Assembly (NCBI GenBank): GCA_000004985.1
Contig: GG738930.1
Length of the DNA stretch: 64,000 nucleotides
DNA from: Naegleria gruberi
Taxonomy: Eukaryota
Reading direction: 5' to 3' (one strand)
The first letter of the stretch is position 1. Each line of letters starts with the position of its first letter. The position numbers were made by a program, and so were the translations under genes. Below the pieces are notes generated by a model. It searched no databases, was not told the origin of the DNA, and saw only the letters and a list, made by a program, of their open reading frames with translations. This document shows, in pieces, positions 54,021 to 61,983 of the stretch.

Positions 54021-57000
54021 TTGAGTAGAACCACAACAAGTTTAAGGCTAGCGTGCTATAACGTAAATGGTTTATATAAGCACGCAAGCCATAAATCAGT
54101 TACTCCTGAATTGAAATCCATGTGTTTAACACATGGAATTCACTTTATGAGTTTAACTGAAACTCACTTAAATACCCCAGAACTAGAAATAGAAGTCAAA
54201 AACTCTGGATCAGGGTACCTATTATTTAACTCATTAATGAATACAAGAAAAGGTTGCAAAGGTACTGCAGCTATGCACTTTCTAAATAATTATAGAAAGC
54301 GCAATATTACAAATAATAATCTCGTACCTGGAACATTACAATGGACACGATTCGAAAGTCGTGGAATTCCAATTAACATCTTCACAATTTATCTTAGTGG
54401 AAGATAATGATTATGACAATGAGGAAGAAGCTCTTAATAGCTTTATTAATGCTGCCCTCACAATTAAAGATGAACATATTATTTTAAGTGGTGATATTAA
54501 TATTGATACAAGAAATCCCACTAGTAAAAGAGAAAAAGACTGGCTATGGATACTTAATCTACTCAGACTAACCGAATTACAAACATCCAATAATACTTGG
54601 ATAAGAAGAGTTCAATCTAATATTTTTGAATCGAAACCTGATCATGTCTTTGTGTCAAAAGACATAAGAATAGTTAAAGAAGTGCTCATGCCTCCATTAA
54701 CCACTAATGATCACATTCCTTTCTATATAGATCTCGAATTTAAATCTAACTTAACCTGGAGACCTTACTTTAGTAAGAGTAAGAGAAAGAAAATATATGA
54801 AGAAATTAATAAGTCTCCTATAGATAATTTCAAAGAGTTAAATCAAGCTATCTTGACTCAAATTAACAAATATGGCTCCAAAACTGATAGATTAGGTGTT
54901 GGTCGAATCTCAACAGCCTATAAAGAAGAAATTCAAGATTTGGAAGAAGAAATTCTTCACAAATTAAATAATGAAACTATTTCTCAATCAGAAATATCTG
55001 AATTACAAACATTACTGAAAGAAACTCATATTAAAAATGGAAAACATATTAAGGAAAAATTGATAGAAGAATTCAATGATAGAACTTCATCTAAAATGTA
55101 TCAATTTGATAGAATGGTTCATTCCAAAGAAATTAAATGGAAAGATATTAATTTCGAAGAAGAGGAAATTTTAGAATACTTTACAAATAAGTTTACCTCG
55201 ACTAATCAACTTCCAACATTCATTCCAAGTAGATCAACTATTAAAGAAGGACCAAATTGGACCAACTCGATCCATATAGAAGAATTGGAAAAAGCTTTAA
55301 AACGTATGAAATCAAATACCCCTGGTCCTGATCTAATTTCTCTGGATATTATTAAGCATCTCACAGAAAAAAATCAGAAAATTTTATTGAACGAATTTAA
55401 TAATTGCCTAAGAATAGGTGATATCTCTGAAGATTGGAAGCAAGGATGGGTGAAACTCATTCCTAAAAGAGATATCACTTCTCTCAGTGACATTCGTCCA
55501 ATCACTATTTTACCTACATTTTATAGAATTTTATTTAATATTATAGCCTTTCGACTTAGATCTTGGGCATCATCTCATATAAATATGAGACAACAAGCAT
55601 TTATTACAGACAGAAACACTTTAAATCATGGTGTCCTTCTATCATCATTAGCTATGAAAACTAAGAAAAGAACCTTCATTCTTGTTAACCTAGATATTGA
55701 AGGAGCTTATGATGCTGTAGAATTGTCAGTGATTAAAATGGCACTAGACCATTGTAAATTTCCTAACGAACTCACTCAATTTATTATTAATGCCTATAGC
55801 AACCATGAATTGAGCCTAGAAATTGATAATCATCTATCCACAAAATTTACAAAAACTCGAGGAATCCCACAAGGATGCCCATTGGCTCCTCTTATATACG
55901 ATTGTATCACACAATTAATTATTGATAAAGCAATAGATAAATGGAAAATACCAATCAAACCAAACAAACTATGTGCTAATGATATTGCACTCTGTTGCTT
56001 TGCAGATGATATGAATGTTGTCTGTGACAGATATGCCAAATACAATGACAGGCTAGATAACATACATGACTGGCTAGGTCAACTACTTTTTAAACTAAAT
56101 GCAAAGAAATCAGTTGCAACTCTACTACCTAAAACAAGCAAAGTATCTCCCAAAATTAAGGGTACACCTATTCCTAAACAAAAAAACCTTAGGATACTTG
56201 GACATTATCCATGGGATGATATTCTGGTTCGACAAGATATCCAAAACAAAATTGAAAAATTTACCAAATCTTTGAAATTTCTCCCATTATTCAAAATTGA
56301 ACCAGATAACCTTAAACAAATTATTCACGCTAAAGCTATTAGCTTATTTACACACCTTTCTAAAATTAACTTAATTCCTCTGAAAAAGGCACAACAAATT
56401 GATATAGCCATTAGAGGAGCAATTAGAAGAAAACTATATATGGACAGGAAAACACCAACCAGCTTATTCCACTTACCATTAGAAAAAGGTGGATTAGGAC
56501 TACCATCTATTGTAGAATTTTCTGAAAGAATGAACCTAAGAACCATGACCTTAATTGCTAACAGTAACAATTTACTCGTCAAGAAAGCTTTCAAACATGG
56601 TATCAAGCACTGTGAGGAAACGAAAGACAATATTTATTCGAAATGGCTACTAGTACTAAAAGAATACAACCTCACACTTAAGAAAAATGAAATGAAATTC
56701 AAGTTGAAAAAAATCAAAACAGGAAATAATTTTGATATTCACACTGACGGATCAAGACTCGAATCAAAGACTGGAATGGGGATTAATATCTATGATTGCT
56801 CCAATATGAACACTCCAGTTAGATCTTTATCCCTCCATATTAATGATCAATATTCAAATAATGTAGCTGAAATATGCTCTATTATTACAGCAGCTAAAGT
56901 TATCCCAAGAGACTCCAAGATTAAAATCCATACTGATAGTAATGTGGCAATTGAAGTTCTCAAAGAACGATATAAGGGAAACTTTCTACCACTAAAAAAA

Positions 57001-57705
57001 GCCTTCTTTAAAACCATTAAGGATAGAAAACTTGAATATGAATTCAAGAAAGTTGAAGCTCATAAGGATAAGGAAAATATCAAAGTTGATTTATTGGCAA
57101 AGAATGCAACTCTGAAACCTAAAATCTTTGATATCCGTAAACTACTCTTTAATCAATATATCCTCACAAAGAACGATATTATAATCTTTGACTATAAGAG
57201 GTTAACTACCTCACAACATTTAAGGCTAATGCTTGACAAGATAGAGAGTCACCCCAATCACATACCTAACCTAGATTGGAACTCTATCAACGTCAGCTAC
57301 CTTAAATCCCATTTGTCTCCTAAATCTAAATATTATATTTGGAGAAACTCTTCAAATGCCCACATCAATTTTGGTGAGGGTAAAAGTTTCTGTCATGATT
57401 GTAACACAGAATCTGACCTTAATCACTATATTCATGAATGCCCTGCTCTGGATAGTGCCAGATACTTTTGCTTGTCAAAAATATCTGATATTCTTGATCA
57501 GAGAGAGTGTAAACTCACTCATATTCAATTCAGACCAGAAAAGCATCACCATGTACTCTTCTTCCACCATTCTGGAACCACATTCTTCGAAGATGGATAC
57601 GTACAACAATACCCAGACATTGCAGAGAAATGGCCTGAGATCCAGGGAGCCATTTCTAACTTTGTCGGCCGCTCCTATAGATATTATTATATTGACTCAA
57701 TGTAA
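54021..57705 (+). CDS. Retroelement ORF2 (endonuclease-RT-RNase H-Zn knuckle) with a +1/-1 frameshift near 54365-54410 (defective copy or sequencing error) and no ATG at its start
   Basis: Frame A (54021..54407) encodes the endonuclease N-terminal part through IYLSGR*; frame B (54361..57705) continues ...DNDYDNEEEALNSFINAALTIKDEHIILSGDINIDT... through RT and RNase H to the stop at 57703-57705. Confidence 0.8.
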
Positions 57706-57720
57706 ATTTACAAATTCAAA

Positions 57721-57775
57721 GAGAATCTGAATAGATTCGTTATTATTGCAATAAAAGATTTTTTTGTTTTGATCG
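57721..57775 (+). repeat. Retroelement terminal module copy 1: gagaatctgaatagattcg..atttttttgttttgatcg
   Basis: Same bipartite unit recurs at 58382..58452; the second half also forms the element's 5' end (52304..52322). Confidence 0.7.
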
Positions 57776-58381
57776 TCCCTCAAAAAAATACCTCAACGTC
57801 TAGTACGTTTGTGCGGTTTTCTAGATTGACCAAGATGCAAGTAGCACAGCGCTAAACTATCGCCGTAACTTTCGGCATCGAGGTTTAGATGGATTCAAAC
57901 TATGTATTGTTTATTCTTGTCTGTAGAATAACATATAGCTATCTTCTGTCAAAGATTTAAAGCAGGTTTCTTTAGTTTAGCACGGGCAAAACAATGTAAA
58001 GATACCGAGGCGTGGAGAGTAATGATTTAATTATGAACAGAAAGGAAATTTTATAAGAATATAATCAAAGAGAATAGATATTGTAGAACGTTACGTAAGA
58101 ATTTTATTGCAGCGTAAGAGATGGTATTGGATCACCTTCTCGATATCCTTGACAGATATTTCAGATGCTTCCCCATTTAATTTTCTATTATTTCGCGATG
58201 TTTACTTTCCCTATGGTTTCCATTAGTCACGGTCTAACTCTTGATTAGTTTCCAACTATGCAACTTAAAGGCTAGGCGATAACTCCACTCCTAAAAGTCC
58301 CCGTCCAATGACGAAGCTGTGAATGAACTTTGTTCCTACGATACACACTCCAAAAGTACACCATCACAAGAGTGTTTGGTC

Positions 58382-58452
58382 GAGAATCTGAATAGATTCG
58401 AAAAATTGTAGTGTATAATAATCGGTATTATAAATTTTTTTGTTTTGATTGG
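58382..58452 (+). repeat. Retroelement terminal module copy 2 (solo, no ORFs attached): gagaatctgaatagattcg-N33-aatttttttgttttgattgg
   Basis: 19/19 match to 57721-57739 and 15/15 match to tttttttgttttgat. Confidence 0.7.
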
Positions 58453-58457
58453 TTTTT

Positions 58458-58569
58458 ACAAACAGCCCATGCATTAAATTTGTGATATTGTGAAATGATT
58501 TTGATTGAGTGGTTTCGATGAACTTTTTGCTTCTTCCAAATGAGGGTTGTTTAATGCATGGCTGTTTGT
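58458..58569. repeat. Inverted repeat / hairpin candidate: 21-nt arm acaaacagcccatgcattaaa (58458-58478) and its complement, minus 1 nt (tttaatgcatggctgtttgt, 58550-58569), with a 71-nt loop
   Basis: Direct reading: 20 of 21 positions complementary, with a single-C bulge. Confidence 0.75.
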
Positions 58570-58726
58570 AAGCAAATAAAACGATGCAACAAAGTTTCCA
58601 ATTTAGCATTTGACCTCTAGAAAATATTTAGAATTCTAGTAGTAAAAATTAATGCATAAAATAATTGATGACATAGGTATCTGCCTACTTCGTTAATGTT
58701 TTACATTTTTTTTCCAATATCGTGAA

Positions 58727-58807
58727 GCAGGGGTTCCCGAGTGGTCAAAGGGGGTAGACTCAAGTTCTACTGCGCAAGCTTCGTGGGTTCAAATCCCACC
58801 TTCTGCA
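58727..58807 (+). tRNA. tRNA-Leu (anticodon CAA), type II, 81 nt
   Basis: GCAGGGG-TT-CCCGAGTGGTCAAAGGG-G-GTAGA-CTCAAGT-TCTAC-TGCGCAAGCTTC-GTGGG-TTCAAAT-CCCAC-CTTCTGC-A. Very close to the canonical eukaryotic tRNA-Leu(CAA) D-arm and anticodon arm (GCCGAGTGGTCTAAGGCGCCAGACTCAAGTTCTGG). Long variable arm. Confidence 0.85.
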
Positions 58808-58810
58808 AAT

Positions 58811-58825
58811 TTTGTTTTATTTTTC
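58811..58825 (+). terminator. Pol III T-run downstream of tRNA-Leu
   Basis: tttgttttatttttc starting 4 nt after the tRNA. Confidence 0.5.
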
Positions 58826-58999
58826 TTCATCTTCGAGATTGGAGCTTTTCTTTACCAATGAATATGTTCCAGTAATTCCTTGTATCTATGGTTGAAAGAT
58901 GATATTTTACAAATAAGAGATTATTTAGAAAATCAACAAAGATTACAAGCACCTCAAATTTTCTTGCTAAAAATGCTATTAATTTTGTTAGCTCAATAT

Positions 59000-60279
59000 T
59001 TACTTTTTCTTTCCGCCACTCGACACATTGAATTTAAAGTGCAAAATATCACCATCCTCTACCTCGTAGGTCTTTCCCTTCTCCTTGAGCTTTCCATTAT
59101 TTTTACATTCCGATTCACTACCATATTGCTTGTAATCTTCAAAACTCATAACTTCAACACAAATAAATCCCTTTTCAAAATCACTGTGAATTTGACCAGC
59201 AGCAGCTGGGGCCTTCATTCCTCTCTTGATGGTCCATGTACGCACATGTTGACCACATGTGAAATAATTGATGAGATTAAGCATGGCATATCCAATCTTG
59301 ATAATATCTGCCATCTTGGAGTTGATTCCCTTCTTGATTAATTCTTGTCTCTTTTCTTCATCAGTCTCTTGCCATTTCTTTTCAAAGGCAGCACTGTATG
59401 GAATGACAGGTTCAGCAATTGCACTCTTAGAAGTGACATATTCTCTAATCTTAATGACATGCTCATTCTTTTCTGGATCCACAACATCTTTTGGTGTCAT
59501 ATTCACAAGATAAATCATTGGTTTAGAGGTCAACAATTGGTGAGGATTGAGTAATTCAATATCCTTACTAGCCCAATCACCAAATCTCACTTCCTTTCCT
59601 TCCTTCAACATTTCCAATGCCTTTTCGACAGCAACGAGTTCAGAAGCCTTCTCCTTCTTTTGCTTTCCCATCTTTTCGAGTGGTCCCTTAACATTTTCCA
59701 AATAGGAAATATCCTTCTTGATCAATTCCTGTTCAATGGTTTTAATATCTCTCACTGGATCAATACTACCCTCAACGTGAGTAATATTCTTCGATTCGAA
59801 TGTTCTTACCATATGGAAAATGGCATCAACAGCTCTAATATGAGAAAGGAATGCATTTCCCAATCCTTCACCTAATAATTATTTCCAATCCAATTCATGA
59901 ATTATTTGAATTTAAAAATCCACATTTTCACACACACAAAATATTCACAAAAACACTTCTCACACTCCTAAAACAAACCTTCTGAAGCATTCTTGACCAA
60001 TCCAGCAATATCAGTCACATTCAAAATAGCTGGGGCATTATCTGTTGCTCCCAAATGTTTCACCAACCAATCATATCTCTCATCTGGCACTGCAACATGA
60101 CTCGTGCTCGGATCAATGGTACAGAATGGAAAATTCTCAGCTGGCACTGAAGAATTGGTGAGAATGTTAAAGAAGGTTGATTTACCAACGTTTGGCAAAC
60201 CAACGATGCCAATATTCAAGTTGGTTCCCACTCTGCCAAAGGCAATATTCTTATTTTCTGTTGTTGTTGAAGAAGACAT
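59000..60279 (-). CDS. Obg-like ATPase 1 (OLA1/YchF family GTPase/ATPase); join(59979..60279, 59000..59871) on the minus strand, intron 59872..59978
   Basis: G1 motif [35 protein letters not shown]|G|[15 protein letters not shown] (intron GTTTGT..TTATTAG, phase 1, restores the conserved GxGLGNxFL), TGS region [19 protein letters not shown]...[18 protein letters not shown]. Confidence 0.9.
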
Positions 60280-60460
60280 TTTTTTTGAGCTGATTGGAGA
60301 GTTATCATGATTCTTGTTGAAGTTGTGGCGTTGGCGAAAATATTACCAAATGGAGAAAGGAGTCGTTCAGTGCACTGATTTATTTGGCACGATTATTATA
60401 ACTATCAGTTCTCTAAAAAAATTAAGAGTTTTGTAATAAATCTTTAAATTACTTTGGAAA

Positions 60461-60479
60461 ATAAAAAGAAAACAAAAAG
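60461..60479 (-). terminator. Pol III T-run downstream of tRNA-Thr (minus strand tctttttgttttcttttta)
   Basis: Immediately 3' of the tRNA on its own strand. Confidence 0.45.
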
Positions 60480-60480
60480 A

Positions 60481-60554
60481 TGCCTCCCTTGGGAATCGAA
60501 CCCAAGACCTCTGTCTTACTAGGACAGCGCTACTGCCAACTGAGCTAGGAAGGC
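60481..60554 (-). tRNA. tRNA-Thr (anticodon AGU), 74 nt
   Basis: GCCTTCC-TA-GCTCAGTTGGCAGTAGC-G-CTGTC-CTAGTAA-GACAG-AGGTC-TTGGG-TTCGATT-CCCAA-GGGAGGC-A. Perfect anticodon stem. Anticodon arm is near-identical to the animal tRNA-Thr(AGU) (TGTCTAGTAAACAGG). Confidence 0.85.
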
Positions 60555-60613
60555 GCACATTTCATTAAAATCCTTAATAAAATTGTTTTTCATATATGCA
60601 GCTTTCTTTTTTA

Positions 60614-61870
60614 TTACACAATAATCAAAATGAGTAGTAAAGCAAGAATGATCCAATTTCCAATTAGCTTCTCTGCTGATGAAACCTTTGTGCTATTTGC
60701 TGGTTGAATAATTGGTTGACTTACGGTTGGTGTTACCATTGGCGTCACAAAAGTTACATAGACCAATCCTTCAGTTTCCTTCACTGTGAATGTATTATCT
60801 TTTGAAACAGTTACATTTCTTCCAAAAATATCTACTACTGAACTGGCACTATTTGCCTTAATATTAACTGAAGCTCCAGTTTCAGTTGGCAACAGGACAA
60901 TAACTGAATCATTTGAACTCTTAAATCTCATAGCAGTTACAGAAGGGTGTTCAATTTGAATATATCCATCAAATAATCTATTTCTTACGATTGAACTCAA
61001 TTGCTTGACGGCTTTCATGGCTGGCTTGTCAGTATAATTATTGAAAAGCAAACCGAAATTGTGTTCTCTATTTGTTGGGTCAACTCCATCATTTCTCAAA
61101 TCGTAATAAATGTAAATTGGGAAACCAACTGCGCATGAGGAGAGTAATCTTCCTACTACATTATTAGCATGAAGTCTCAATGCTGCTTCGTCCAATCCAT
61201 TCGAGTTTGAGTCGAAATCAGTTGCTGTGAGACCCCATTCAGTATCCCAAACAGGTGGCACCGTAGAAATCAAAGATTTTTGAGCACTTGTCAATGTAGA
61301 TGCCTTTCCTTGAAGAGTGGCATTGATGTTATCATTAATAATTGATCTGAACTTTCTAGTCAAATCTGGGAATCTTCCGAATGGTGATTTAGGACTACCA
61401 ACTCCATAAGGATGCAATCCTATTCCAGAAAACAATTGAGAACCATTCTTTGAGGCAGCACCACCTTCAGATGTGAAACCTCTCACAAAAGTATACGAAA
61501 AACCAGCGACACCAGTTGTAGAAACTTGAGCATTTGGGTTTCCCTCTCGAATGGCAGCAACTGCAGCTTTTGATAATGCAGCATAAGTAACTGGAGTGAA
61601 TCCCTGAAGATCTGCCTCATTATAAACCTCGAAAATAACATTCTCATTAGCGTAATGCTTAGCAGCTGCTCTACTATAATTAGCAAAAGCTTCGATGGCG
61701 ATATCGGTAGTTGGTGGAGTAGAGGCACTTCCAGTGTAGAGAGTATTGGAATAGGTTAGAATGAACAATGCTTTCAATCCTCTCAATTTCAATGCAGTCA
61801 ACAATGTGTCATAAGAAGCAAAGTTGTAAACTTGTTTGGTTGTTTCAACTGATGACCAGAACAAATCCAT
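60614..61870 (-). CDS. Clan GH-A (GH5-like) glycoside hydrolase with a C-terminal GPI-anchor-type hydrophobic tail; the N-terminal signal peptide is probably missing (the gene abuts gap 61924..61983)
   Basis: Acid/base motif VIFEVYNEADL (NEP-like) and nucleophile motif VWDTEWGL (TEWG); Ser-rich stalk then IGNWIILALLLILIIV*; the ATG at 61870 is preceded by an in-frame stop and no signal peptide is seen. Confidence 0.55.
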   Translation of the reverse strand: MDLFWSSVETTKQVYNFASYDTLLTALKLRGLKALFILTYSNTLYTGSASTPPTTDIAIEAFANYSRAAAKHYANENVIFEVYNEADLQGFTPVTYAALSKAAVAAIREGNPNAQVSTTGVAGFSYTFVRGFTSEGGAASKNGSQLFSGIGLHPYGVGSPKSPFGRFPDLTRKFRSIINDNINATLQGKASTLTSAQKSLISTVPPVWDTEWGLTATDFDSNSNGLDEAALRLHANNVVGRLLSSCAVGFPIYIYYDLRNDGVDPTNREHNFGLLFNNYTDKPAMKAVKQLSSIVRNRLFDGYIQIEHPSVTAMRFKSSNDSVIVLLPTETGASVNIKANSASSVVDIFGRNVTVSKDNTFTVKETEGLVYVTFVTPMVTPTVSQPIIQPANSTKVSSAEKLIGNWIILALLLILIIV

Positions 61871-61923
61871 TCTAATCCATGAGAAACCACCTGCTTGACA
61901 GCATCTAATCCCTTATCATCACT

Positions 61924-61983
61924 CGAAAGAATANNNNNNNNNNNNNNNNNNNNNNNNNNNNNNNNNNNNNNNNNNNNNNNNNN
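61924..61983. other. Assembly gap (60 N) that truncates the second PAS-cyclase gene and probably the 5' end of the glycoside hydrolase gene
   Basis: Run of n; the sequence on its high-coordinate side (61984-62023, minus strand ..AYIRDYKSLSTPE) is homologous to 47884-47923 of the first cyclase gene, which is immediately followed there by the cyclase domain. Confidence 1.

Larger units (their letters stand above)
52304..57775 (+). mobile_element. Non-LTR (LINE-like, APE-type) retrotransposon about 5.5 kb long: short 5' UTR, ORF1, ORF2 (AP-endonuclease, reverse transcriptase, RNase H, CCHC-type zinc knuckle) and an ~70 bp 3' tail. It resembles the tRNA-gene-associated TRE-type elements of dictyostelids
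   Basis: ORF2 motifs: LRLACYNVNGL...IHFMSLTETHL...INIFTIYLSG (EEP endonuclease); GIPQGCPLAPLIYD...CFADDMNVVCD (RT motifs C/D); HTDGSRLESKTGMGINIYD (RNase H); CHDCNTESDLNHYIHEC (zinc). The start of the element, tttttttgttttgaccgacgATGaaaaaaatacctcaac, is partly re-copied at 57758-57797. Confidence 0.85.

Noticed and set aside
1095-54021. ORF-track start codons at 1095, 11411, 12492, 14135, 21946, 22783, 24239, 41856, 54021 (and 10815..11018, 23750..24244)
   Set aside because: These 'M' residues are TTG alternative starts. Starts were moved to the first in-frame ATG, or the ORF was treated as a fragment or pseudogene where no ATG exists
57790-58380. GC-richer 600 bp segment as an rRNA/snRNA/5S/SRP RNA gene
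   Set aside because: No match to the conserved blocks of U1, U2, U6 or 5S that I can recall. It is kept only as a possible element-derived or unknown ncRNA region inside the repeat finding
58364-58609. Minus-strand 81-aa ORF
   Set aside because: Spans the inverted-repeat hairpin and repeat module; no coding signature
58880-59875. Plus-strand ORFs 58880..59341, 59268..59513, 59345..59554, 59660..59875
   Set aside because: Antisense of the OLA1 exons on the minus strand
60367-60558. Minus-strand 63-aa ORF
   Set aside because: Overlaps tRNA-Thr and its T-run; spurious
26788-61983. N-runs as biological features (spacers or CRISPR-like periodicity)
   Set aside because: They are assembly gaps in a eukaryotic draft. 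No CRISPR repeats, operons or other prokaryotic organisation are present
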